Translations under genes and position numbers: made by a program
Shown: positions 21,420 through 33,424 of the stretch, one piece after another
Layout: every line of letters begins with the position of its first letter
Numbering within the stretch: position 1 is the stretch's first letter
Assembly (NCBI GenBank): GCA_964016885.1
Contig: CAXHJY010001208.1
Span: 1 to 57,165 of the forward strand
Direction: 5' to 3'
Length of the DNA stretch: 57,165 bases
From: Eledone cirrhosa
Taxonomy: Eukaryota
The notes under the pieces: model-generated
Databases searched by the model: none
What the model was told of the DNA's origin: nothing
The model's input: only the letters and a program-made list of their open reading frames with translations

Positions 21420-22805
21420 TATATAATGAAATAAAACAAGGACGAGTGGTTACTCCTTCATTACATTTATTGGTTGGTGACACGCCTTTTGCCACTGATC
21501 AGCTCGAGGTTCGATCTCTATCTATCTAGCCTGACTCTGTAATCCACGGCTCGTCAGACCCCTTTTAATGGTAATGAAAAAATTATTATACATGGCGTAT
21601 GAGAGAGTCTGATGTTCCTATACTGGTCAGTGAGATTTGTTTTGATTGGTGGGTTAATTCTGAGGTATATTTCTGCCTGTAGTGTATGTGGGTGGGTGGG
21701 TATGGTGATTAGTTGGTGGTGCAGGACATAGGTTGAGGTGGGTGTCGGTGTATGGCGTGCTGATTGTAGCTATATAGTTTGGCATGTAGATGGGGCTGGT
21801 TTTTGTGTGGGGTGTGGGTGTGGTGGTGGTGCAGTTTATGATACTGGATGAAAGGTTGCGGTGTTTAGGGTGGGGTGTTAGGTGTGGTAGTGGATTGTTA
21901 AAAGGACTCATGTTATAAGGTGTTAATGATCATAGTGCATGTAAAGTCATAGAGATACATATATACATGCAGCCAGACAGACATATTATATACATACATA
22001 TGTGTGTATATATACGCCAGTGGGGACACATGGTGTGGGCGAGGAAAAGACTCAGGATTTTGACAGCTGAGCTCTGGCCGTTTTGACAGCTAGATTCGAA
22101 CTAAAGCGCCAGTATTTGAACGGTGGGAATCTAGCTGAACTTATCAAGGGGTACAGTCCATTTATGGGCATACAGTCAGAGAAAAAAATGTTAAGCCTGT
22201 TTTTTTTTTGGGGGGGGGGGGTCTCTAGGAGTGGTCAGTGATCTAGCGCACTTGGGGATGGGGTGGGGGTGGTTGGTTACCTTAGATCAAATGGCTGGTT
22301 TAGTCCTGCTAAATGTCGTGTATTTCATTTATTACATTCTGTTTAATTTATTTTTTCTCTCTCCTTTTTTTCCTTTCCCAATAACTTTCAAAGGTTATTG
22401 ACGCACTGGAGATAGACATATTGTCTTTAATGCGTTGAAATGTCGGTGACCTCCAACAGACAACTGAAGAGGGGACTGTCCCTTGTTTGTGCTTTCCTTT
22501 TATTCCTAAATACACTTTATCAAGTAACCACAGAGCCTCTTGTTTCTTCTAAATTTTTATTAACTTTTTGCTGTGACCTGTTCTTTCTTTCTTTCCATTT
22601 CTCTTGTTGTTATTATTAACGCTTTCCCTTTCTTTCTTTCCCTCTCTCTCTCTTATAGTCTCTTTCTCTCTGCTCCCTTACTACTTCCATTTTCTCTCGT
22701 CTCTGCCTCTTTTCACCTATTCCTGCCGAGGTTAGACTTGTTTTTCTTCGCTCTCCCTATCTCACTGTCAATAAGGCCTAGGACTTATGTTCAGCCGCTG
22801 GTTTG

Positions 22806-22870
<65 letters not shown>

Positions 22871-23197
22871 GGTTATTTACATACATGTGCTTCTCCTCAT
22901 GTTCCCCCTTTTATCGGTATGTTCTCTGTGTTTTTTTTTCTTTATATATATAAATATAAACAATGACTTATATGGTTTGTTGATTATTATTCAACAGAAT
23001 TAATTTTATAACAGATTTGAAGCACTCTGCAAATTTTATCTGGAGTATTATTAATATTGTTAATATATATACATATATATATATACATATATATATATAT
23101 ACAGATAAATGAAAAGTATAGAAATTATTGTGAGCAAGAAGCCAACAGTATTTCATAATATATAAGTGACTATATATATATATATGTATATATATAT

Positions 23198-23372
23198 TAG
23201 AGGAAGACCACGGAAAACATGGGCGAAGGTGGTGAGAGCAGACCTCAGATCGCTGAAGCTCACGATGGAGATGACGAAGGACCGTGACAAGTGGAGAGAT
23301 GCTGTGCTCTATAGGACCCGTCCCACCCTTGCAAGCAGGAAAAAGCGGATGTAAAATGATGATGATGATGAT
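23198..23372 (+). mobile_element. RTE LINE 3' end (second subfamily)
   Basis: RGRPRKTW...DRDKWRDAV, then GCGGATGTAAAA and a (GAT)n tail. Confidence 0.85.
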
Positions 23373-23382
23373 AATATATATG

Positions 23383-23415
<33 letters not shown>

Positions 23416-23419
23416 GTAT

Positions 23420-23598
23420 AAGTTGATGGAAGCCGCGAAGTGGGGAGACCCAAGAAGACCTGGGATGAGGTGATAAAGGCCGACCTTACCCAATTGCACC
23501 TCTCAAGGGCAATGACACACGACCGTGACCTCTGGCAGTAATATAGAAGACCCCCCCGCACCCCCACAGGAACAAGCCAAAGCTGAAGCATATAGACA
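23420..23598 (+). mobile_element. RTE LINE ORF-end fragment
   Basis: Matches 35329-35500 (GRPKKTWDEVIKADLTQLHLS). Confidence 0.85.
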
Positions 23599-23714
23599 AT
23601 GTTTCCGTTGGTCTTTCCAATTGCTAATACTCTCTATCGGTCGCAACTCCAGTCCAGGAATTCAACTCATAACTTGACTATATATATATGTGTGTGTGTG
23701 AGTGTGTATGCAGA

Positions 23715-24613
23715 AATAAAATCTGCATTTGTAAAGATATATTATACAGAAACGATCTGGGAGAGAGATATTTACACCAATCTCTAACTATACACTGCCA
23801 ACCATCTACAGTAAACTAAATGTGCGCACTCTGAATAGTTGATTGCAGCTGCATAACTGCAATTTCGCCAGATTCATTGAGTGAGCTAGACAATGGCCGG
23901 AGGACACTGTATTTATACCAGCGATCTTCATTGCTTTTTTTTATATTATACTCCCAGCTGCACTGATTTGGAATTCCTGTATGAGGTTAGATGTTTCAAT
24001 TCTTGTTTACGTTTCCTAAAATTTAATTTTGAGTATTGAATATTTGATTTTGTATCACAAATCAGATTTTATTTGCTTGTATATCTGTATATATGCATGA
24101 ACCTATTTAGTATATATACAGATATGCTATGAGGTTGGTTGAGTTCTTCATTTTAGTGCGAATTCCTCTGTTTGAATTCAGCTACCAAAATAACATGTTA
24201 TGGTCTGAGAGAAATTCTTCCGCTTCTCATTAGAGGCAGGGTGGGGGACTGTCTGAATTGCTAGATAGCTTATCCAGTAGTGAAGGCTAACTCACACCGT
24301 ACAAGACTTGTTGGGCAATTGCTGCTGAAGAGTGTAATAGCCCGATTACATAAATATCTGCTGAATTTATGTGATTTTCTGAACATTGCATAAAAAATCT
24401 GCATTTGTAAAGATGTATTACACAGAAATGATCGTCTGGGTGAGATATATTTACACCAATCTCTAACTATACAGTCAACCGTCTACAGTAAACTAAATGT
24501 GTGCACTCTGAATAGTTGATTGCAGCTGCATAACTGCAATTCACCAGATTCATTGAGTGAGCTAGACGATGGCCGGAGGACGGTGTATTTATACCAGTGA
24601 TCTTCGTTACTTT
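23715..24613. repeat. Non-coding unit with ~215-bp imperfect terminal direct repeats (676-nt period)
   Basis: ATCTGCATTTGTAAAGAT...TATTTATACCAG at 23721 and 24397. Confidence 0.8.
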
Positions 24614-24626
24614 TGTTATATATATA

Positions 24627-24958
24627 TCATCATCATCGTCATTTTACGTCCGCTTTTCCCTGCTTGCAAGGGTGGGGCGGAAACTGGCGTGATTTCTACA
24701 GCTGGATGCCCTTCCTAACACCAACCTCATTTACAGTGAGTGCTGGGTGCTTTTTTGCCGTGGCACCTCCACGACCACTTTGCAGTGGAATGATATGGAC
24801 CCCAGTCCCTATCATCTCATTTCTACAGCTGAGTAAACTGGAGCAATGTGAAATAAAGTGTCTTGCTCAAGTAAACAACACATCACCCGGTCTGAGAATT
24901 GAACTCACAACCTATCGATTGCACGCCCAATGCTCTAACCACTAAGCCATGTGCCTCC
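24627..24958 (-). mobile_element. tRNA-derived SINE with CORE-like block and RTE-derived tail
   Basis: A box TGGCTTAGTGG, B box GAGTTCAATT, CTTGAGCAAGACACTT, tail shared with RTE 3' ends, (GAT)n end. Confidence 0.85.
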
Positions 24959-25043
<85 letters not shown>

Positions 25044-25045
<2 letters not shown>

Positions 25046-27531
25046 ATCATCATCATCGTTTAACGTCAATCTTCCACACTAGCATGGGTTAGAAAGGAGT
25101 TGTCCCAATTTGAGGCAAGGTTGGTCGGGTGACTGTATCTCGCTCATATAGGACTATCTGGCAGGTTTTCTACGGCTGGATGCCCTTCCTAACACCAACC
25201 ACATTTACAGTGTGGAACTGGGAACTTTTTACCATATTACCTACACGACCACATTACAGCGTGGACTGTGTGTTTTTTTGTTGTGACTCCTACACGATCT
25301 CGATCTCGATCTCATTATCTCATTAATTTGGACTGGATGTTGTGGTATCAACTTTACAGAGAAAGGGTGGTGTTGGTGGGAGTGGGAGGATGGAGTAGGG
25401 TTAGTGGATTGGGGTGTATATTTGGTTAAGAGGTGCCTACTAACTGTAGGTTTCGCTTTATACATAGGCAAGGCGTGCCTTCTGTATTACTGCATGGCGC
25501 CAAAGATCTCAGCCCAGTGACATTGTCTTAGAGAGTTGCAAGTGTGTAAGGTTGGAATTTATCAAATCGTCCCAGGTTTTTCTGGGTCTACCTACTCCGT
25601 AACTTCCATCAATTTTGATCGCCCTGCACTTTTTATACAACTGTCGTCTTTCATGCGCATCACGTGACTATACCAACGTCAAGTAAACAGCATCTGATAC
25701 CTCTTATTCCTAATTTCTCACTTAGTTCATTTATGTTTTGCCGTTCGTGTATATAACTATTATACATCCAACGGAGCATGCATGCTTCGTTCCTTTCCAG
25801 TCTGTGCAGGTGCACACAATGCCCATGTCCCACTGCCATGTAACATTGCTGTTCGTATACAGGCATCATACAATCTGCCTTTCATTTTTAGAGAGAAACC
25901 TTTTGTGGCCAACAGCTGTATAAGCTCTCTGAACTTTTTCCATCCCGTTCTAACTCTGGCGACTGTACTTTCATAGCACCCTAAACCACTGCTGATTTTA
26001 TCACCCAAGTAATGGAAAGTGTCCACTATTTCTATAGAACCATCTGTGCAATAGAAGGAGCTAGTATCCTGTGGGCACTTGCTACTATTGCACCTGAGCA
26101 TTGGCCACATATAAAATCTACGCTCTTAGATAGCTTACCTGTGATCACGCTACATCTTTTATGTACCCATATTTTGCATTTGGGACATAAAATGGAATTT
26201 CTACCTACTCCTAACCTACACACTGAGCATGGCCATTTCCCAGAGGGCACCTGTGTCCTATTTTCCTTCCTACAAACTAGAACTTTAGTCTTAGACAAGT
26301 TAACTTTAAGGCCTTTTGATTTTAGGCCATGCTTCCATGTTTGGAATTTCTTCTCTAGTTCAGCCATAGATTCAGCTATGAGAGTTAGATCATCTGCGTA
26401 TAGAAGTTCTCATGGGCAGCCGGTCTTAAACTCCTCTGTTATAGCCTGAAGGGCAATAATAAATAGGAGGGGGCTAAGGACAGAACCTTGATGAACACCA
26501 ACTTTTACACCAAATTCTTCACTATATTCATTGTTAATTCTAACCTTACTTACTGTTTCTTTATACATGGCTTGTATAGCTCTCACAAGCCATTCATCTA
26601 CACCTAGTTTTCTAAGAGCCCATCAGATAATGGAGCGGGGGACTCTGTGAAAGGCTTTCTCCAGGTCTACAAAATCTAAGTATAAGGGTTTACTTTTAGC
26701 TAGGTACTTCTCTTGTAGTTGTCGTACAAGGAAAAGAGCGTCTGTGGTACTTTTACCTGACACAAACCCAAACTGTATTTCATCTCGATCAATTCGCTCT
26801 CTGATTAGTTGTGCTATAACTCTTTCTGTGACCTTCTTGACCTGGTCAACTAACTTAATGCCTCTATAGATTCCCCTATCTAGAGCATCCCCTTTACCCT
26901 TGTAGCAGTTAATGATGATACTGCTATGCCAGTCTTTTGGTATGACCCCATTCTGTATTACTTGGTTTACGATCCGGGTCACCATAGTATGTCCTACCAT
27001 TCCAGATGCTTTCAACATCTCAGCAATTACCTCTGAAGACCCAGCCGCCTTGCCTGTCTTCATATCTTTGATTGCCTTACTTATTATACAACCACTAGCT
27101 TGCACCGCTGGTCCCTCTATTGGATCGATTTGGGGCAGACTATCTTTTTCCCATTTATTCTTCTCATTTAGTAATCTCTCATAGTGACACTTCCAAGCTA
27201 CCTTCTTATCAGTATCAGTGAGGGCAAGTACACCATCATCATTATGGACACACTTCTCCCCGACAATATCACGGTTTTCCATGATACATTGTCTAGCAAT
27301 CCTGAAGACCTCATGTTTTTGGTCCTAGCGTTGTAGAACATGCTTGAACTTTCTATCCTCTGCTTCCCTTTTTGCAAAGTACACTTGTCTCCTAGCTTCT
27401 TGCCTGGCCACTTGATAGTCTTCTCTACTTCCCCCATCCTGCCATACTTTCCAAGCCTGCTTTTTGGCCTTGATTGTCTCCTCCACCTTACTGTTCCACC
27501 ACCAAGTTACTTTCCTCCTGCCAATAGGTCT
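25044..27531 (-). mobile_element. RTE LINE, decayed, 5'-truncated
   Basis: RT segments (YKGKGD, FVDLEKAF, YADDL) and PHD-like Cys motif, with stops and frameshifts; 3' UTR and (GAT)n tail. Confidence 0.92.
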
Positions 27532-27737
27532 GTATATATATATATATATATATACTGGATAACAGGTTATCGTATAGGTAGTCCACTTAGATGTAGTCCA
27601 GTTAGAGTACTCTGTGTTGTGGATGGTATTAATGTATGGCTTAGTTTGACTCAACAAGACGTTTCCATAGTGATGCTGCGAGTTGGCGGTGATTTCTATG
27701 TAGTTTATACTTGGAGTAATAATAATTCAAGAAAGAG

Positions 27738-27846
27738 GAGTGACAATTGTTTCTTTGATCTCGTAGGTCTAGAATTCGCTACTCGCTTGATGCTGCATCA
27801 ATCGATCTCCAATACTTTGTTTATAACCAGTCGTTTCATCAGAGCG
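27738..27846 (-). ncRNA. Type I hammerhead motif related to 18251-18369
   Basis: Minus strand: GCT-CTGATGA-[AACGACTGGTTATAA...]-GAAA-CAATTG-TC; stem I disrupted; sits in a PLE-like 3' fragment at about 27554-28078. Confidence 0.6.
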
Positions 27847-28079
27847 TGCGAAAGTGAGGAAGATACTCCAGGCATGGATTTTATAGAGGAGTGGTATTAA
27901 ACCAAAACAATAATATCAATAATAAAATAACTAGATACTGAATAGTTAGAATAATAACATCAATATAAGTAGGAATAGAGTATAATGATAAATCTAGCAT
28001 ATTAAACGCACTGATATAATACAGATGTATGAAATTGACATGTTAAAACTGCTATATGGTACATTAGATTTAGTATTAA

Positions 28080-28372
28080 CTGTGTATAAGAGGAATAAGT
28101 TGTAGTGTGCGGGAGAGAAGACTGTGATGATATGGACATGTGATGCGCATGGAGGATGACCACTGGGTAAAGAAGTGCCAAGAAATCCCAGGAAAACGCA
28201 GTAGAGGAAGACCACGAAAAACATGGGGGGATGTGGTGAGAGCAGACCCCAGATTGCTGAAGCTCACGGAGGAGATGACAAAGGACCGTGACTAGTGGAG
28301 AGATGCTGTGCTGAATAGGACCCGTCCCACCCTTGGAAGCAGGGAAAAGCGGATGTAAAAATGATAATGGTG
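28080..28372 (+). mobile_element. RTE LINE 3' fragment (second subfamily)
   Basis: Matches 23198-23372 and 31270-31525. Confidence 0.85.
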
Positions 28373-28619
28373 ATATATATGTACGTAGGGTTTTGGAAAT
28401 GTATGTATGGATGTAGAGGTATATAGTTACCATTTCCGACCATCCCGCCCCACCTCCACTTCCATCACCTTCCAGTATGCATGCCTGACACCATATGCTA
28501 GCCACTTCCTCGTGCATATAGCACCTTAAACCCACTCACCTAAAACCTCTTCATCACTTTTTCTTCCCTCTATATGATAAATGTAGACTCACTAAGTGTA
28601 TTTTAATATAGTTGAATAA

Positions 28620-31525
28620 TTGCCCAGGGCTGCTCAGATCTGACCTGGGGCGGACGGAGGCTGTGTAAGCTGAAGGGTAGGCAACTCGTCTAGGAGAGTA
28701 ACCACTCCGACTAAATTGGTGTGGGGTGCAGAAGCCCTCTAAGTCCAGTAAGACGACTTCCTTAGTGTTGGTGACACAAATAAAAAGCACCCGGTCCATG
28801 CTATAAAATGGAAGTAATAGAAGTGGCATTCAGCCATTAAAAACCATGCCAAAGTAAGGGATGGAAAGGCCCCTGAGTCCAGTAAGACAACCTCTCTAGT
28901 GCTGGTGGCACGACTAAAAACACCCAGTCCATACTGAAAAGTGGTGCTGGTGATAGGAAGGGCATCCAACCAGTGTATTATTAATGCCAAATTATGAGCA
29001 CAAAAGACAAATATTATAACAATAGCTGTGTAAACAGTAATAACACTAACCATGTTATGGCTGCGCACGGTAGTGGAGTGGCTGGTGCAGCCATGTGCGA
29101 GAACCTCCCCAACTGTCATCAAGCAATTGCACAACAACAACAACAATGATAATGATGATAATGATTTTACATATTTTCTTCCTTGCAGACAAAAAAGGAA
29201 AAATCAACGGAAGATGACACATTTCAGGATTGCCACATTTTATATTGGCGCTCTGAGAGGTAGATCTGCTGAGATAATAGAGATGTTAGAGAGAAGACAT
29301 GTGGATGTGTGCTGGGTGAAAGAGGTGAGATGGAGGGGTGCCTCAGCAAGGCTAATCATAGGCAAACAGCTTAGCTATAAGCTTTTCTGGGTTGGAAACG
29401 ATGATGAGATTGGTGGGGTAGGCATTTTACTAGCCGAGAAGTGGATTAACAAGACAATAGAGGTAGTTAGAGAAAGTAATAGAATCAGTAAGATTAGATA
29501 AGTTGTAGGTAATAGACTGCTGACAATTATCTCTACCTATGCTCCCCAAGTGGGCCTAGGTAAAGAAGAGAAGAACCGCTTTTACAAGCAACTTCTACAG
29601 ACAACCATAGTGACAGAAGACAGCAGGCGACTTTAATGGTCATGTTGGACAGCTCCAGGATGGATACACTGGGGTACATGGTGGTCATGGATCAGAGACG
29701 TGAGGTGTTCTGCATTGCAGGGCAGTGTGTTAGTGTAAATAAGGATATTGTTGGAGATAAGTGTGTCTGAAATGGTGCCGGTGCACTTAGCGTCACTGAT
29801 ACTCAGAAAAAGGAGGCCTGGAAATGTCACTATGAGAGACTGATGAACGGAAGAGAGAGAAACTACCCCTAGCAAACCCAACAGAGGGACCAGCTATTGA
29901 GATTGATGACTAAAGGGTCAAAGAAGCAATTAAAGAAATGAAAAGTGGTAAGGCCACTGGACCATCAGGGATAGTTGCTGAGATGTTAAAGGCATCAGGA
30001 AAAGTAGGAATTAATCTAGTTACATATGGTGGAGTCATATCCAAAGACTGGTGCAGCAGTATATTTGTTAATTGTTACAAAGTTAAAGGGGAGGCTCTGG
30101 AGAGAAGTAATTATAGGGGTATAAAACTGATGGATCAGGTTATGAAAGTGACAGAAAGAGTGCTAGCACAACTACTTAGAGAAAGGGTCAAATTAGATGA
30201 AATGCAGTGTGGTTTTGTGCCTGGGAAAAGTACAAAGGATGCCGTCTTCTTAGTAAAACAACTACAAAAGAGGTTCTTAGGGGAGAATAAGCTACTATAT
30301 TTAGCTTTTGTTGACCTAGAGAAGGCCTTTAATAGGGTACTCCAATCTGTGAACTGGTGGTCCCTAAGGAAACTAGGTGTAGAGGAATGGCTTGTGAGGA
30401 CAGTGCAAGCTATGTACAGAGGAGCTGTCAGTAAAGTGAGAATAGGAATGGGGTTTAGTGAGGAATTCCAGATACAAGTAGGAGTTCATCAGAGTTTGGT
30501 CCTCAGCCCACTTTTATTCATTATAGTCCTCCAAGCGATAACAGAGGAGTTTAAGACTGGCTGCCCATGGGAACTTCTCTATGCTGATGATCTGGTACTT
30601 ATAACAGAATCAGTAGAAGAGCTAGAGAATAAATTCCGGCTGTGGGAGTTGGAACCAAGGGGACTGAGAGTGAACCTAGCAAAGACTAAAGCATTGATAA
30701 GTAGGAAAGAGGACTAGACTCTGATTCCATCAAGGAAATGGCCATGCTCGATATGTAGAAAAGGAGTTGACATAAACTCTATAGAATGTACACATTGCAG
30801 ATCTTGGTTACACAAGAGGTGTAAAGGGATAGCAAGCAAACTAACAGAAAAGGAAAACTTCATATGTAGTAGCTGTTCAGTAAAAATTGATAGTAGAAGT
30901 GTCAGTGATAGGCACATTTTCCAAATGCAGGTTGGATCTATAGAGGTGGTTGATAGCTTCTGATATGTAGGTGATCAGATTAGCAAGGGCGGAGGATGCT
31001 CTGAGGCCATAGTATCTAGAATAAGGACAGGATGGAAGAAGTTTAGGGAGCTGCTTCCTCTGTTGACAAAGAAAGGTTTCTCCCTGTGAATGAAAGGTTG
31101 GTGGTATGATGCCTGTGTGAGATGCGTCGTGCTGCATGGTAGTGAGACATGGGCAGCAGCTGCAGAGGATATGCGAAGGCTGGAGAGAAATGAAGCAAGC
31201 ATGTTCTGATGGATGTGCAATGTCAATGTGCATTAAAGACCAAGTATGGTCAAGTTGAGACTGAAAGAGTAGTGTGTTAATCTGCTGTAGTATGCATGAG
31301 AGAAGATTACATTGGTATGGCCATGTGATATGCATGGATAATGACTGCTGGGTGAAGAAGTGCCAAGAAATCCCAGTGGAAGGAAAACGCAGTAGAAGAA
31401 GATCATGGAAAACATGGACAGAGATGGTAAGAGCTGACCTCAAATCGCTGAGGAGATGATGAAGGACCGTGACAAAGGACCTTGCAAGTAGGGAAAAGCG
31501 GACGTAAAATGATGACGATGATGAT
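28620..31525 (+). mobile_element. Decayed RTE LINE with 5' region, APE and RT remnants
   Basis: 5' motif GGCAACTCGTCTAGGAGA; APE FRIATFYIG...EVRWRG...GVGILL; RT at 29938-30717 (AFVDLEKAF, LYADDL); (GAT)n tail. Confidence 0.88.
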
Positions 31526-31817
31526 ATGTATATATATATGTATATTAATACTTAATATGTTTACTTTTTGCAGAAAAAAGCAAACAAACTCTGTTTTCAA
31601 AACTATCAACAGATTTCTGCTGGGATTGAATTCCAAATCTTAATATTCTTTTCCTCCATTTGTGCTTTTTTAAATACCCTTTACCTGCTAATTGTTTTTA
31701 ATATATGCTCACATGTGCTCTATGGGGTTAAGATCAGGAGACTGTGGTGGCCAGGCTAGTGTTAGGATATTTTCTGCTTCAAGATACTCCTTTACAAGCT
31801 TTAATGTGTGTTTGGGA

Positions 31818-32833
31818 TCATCATCATCATCATCATCATCGTTTAACGTCCATATTCCACGCTTGCATGGGTTTGAACGGGAGTTTTCCCACTTGAGGCA
31901 AGAGTGGATGTCTTGCTCGCATAGGACTGTCTGGTGGGTTTTCTATGGCTGGATGCCCTTCCTAACACCAACCCCATTTACAGTGTGGAACTGGGAGGTT
32001 TTTACCATGTTACATACATGGCCACATTACAGCGTGGACTGTGTGTTTTTTGTCATGACACCTACACGACCTCATTTGTTTCGGGCTGGATGTTGTGGTA
32101 CCAACATAACTTTACATTGAAAGGGGTGGTGTGGATGGGGTGGGGGTAGTGGGACGGGGGTGTATTTTGTTAGAGGTGCCTACTGACTGTAGTAGGTTTC
32201 ACTTTGTACTTAGGTAAGGCGGGTCTTCTCTATTACTGTGTAGCGCCAAAGATCTCGATCCAGTGACATTGTCTTGGAGAGGTGTAAGTGTGTGAGGTCA
32301 CAATTTATCAAGTCGACCCAGGTTTTTCTGGGTCTGCCTACTCCGTGGCTACCGTCTATTTTTATTACCCTGCACTTTTTTATACAGCTGTCGTCTTTCA
32401 TGCGCATCACGTGACCATACCAACGTAGTATGGTGTCCGACGCACTACCAATATATATATATATACATATATACATACTCTCGAGTAAACAACATCTGAT
32501 CCCTCTTATTTCTAATTTTTCCCTTAGTTCGTTTATGCTTTGCCGTTCACGTATATTACTATTACACATCCAGCGGAGCATGCAAGCTTCGTTCCTCTCC
32601 AGTCTGCGTATATCCTCTGCACACAATGCCCAGGTCTCACTGCCATGCAACATTGCTGTTCGTATGCAGGCATCATACAGCCTGCCTTTCATTTTTAGGG
32701 AGAACCCTTTAGCGGCTAATAGTGGTATAAGCTCTCTGAACTTTTTACATCCAGTTCTGACTCTAGCTACTGTACTTTCAGAGCACCCTCCCCCACTGCT
32801 GATTTTGTCACGCAGGTAACGGAAGCTGTCCAC
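31818..32833 (-). mobile_element. RTE LINE 3' fragment
   Basis: VDSFRYL...GRLYDACIRTAMLHGSETW...GRPRKTW; 3' UTR and (GAT)n tail. Confidence 0.92.
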
Positions 32834-33424
32834 TAATAAATATAAATTCATTTTTACCTAATTTCCTCGCTAATTCATTAATATTATTTGCTGATATTTG
32901 CTTATATCTCCCTGCATTCATTGTAGTTTCTATAAACTCCAAATTACTTATGCCTTCATATGATATACAGCCCCATAGCATAACTGAGCTCCTACCATGC
33001 TTTACTGAATGTTTTATATTTTTTGCTTGATACTTTGAATTTGGCATTCTTTTAACACATGATTTCCCATTAGAGCTATAGGGGTTAAACTTGCATTCAT
33101 CTGACCATTTAATGCTTCTAATCTGTGATTTTGTCCATCCAAACATTATTTTAGAAAAGTCAAACCTTCTAGAAATATTTCTTGCAGAGTCTGAATAGTA
33201 GGTTTAAATGATCCAATATTTTTTAGACTTAAAAAACCTGGAAATTGTAGACCTATTCATCTCAACATTAAATTTATCGTTGACCATTTTAATGTATCTG
33301 TATTGTTGGTGAAAAGTTCCTTTTCCACTTTTTCATAATAAACTTTTTAATTTTTAATGAAATTACACTACACCTACCACTTCCTACACAAGGAAACATT
33401 TTCCTCAATCTTTATTACCAATCT

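Noticed and set aside
23838-23935. Minus-strand hammerhead candidate (ATGAAGA...GAAA-TTGCAG...CTGCAA-TC)
   Set aside because: No C3, no stem I pairing, and the second repeat copy lacks GAAA.
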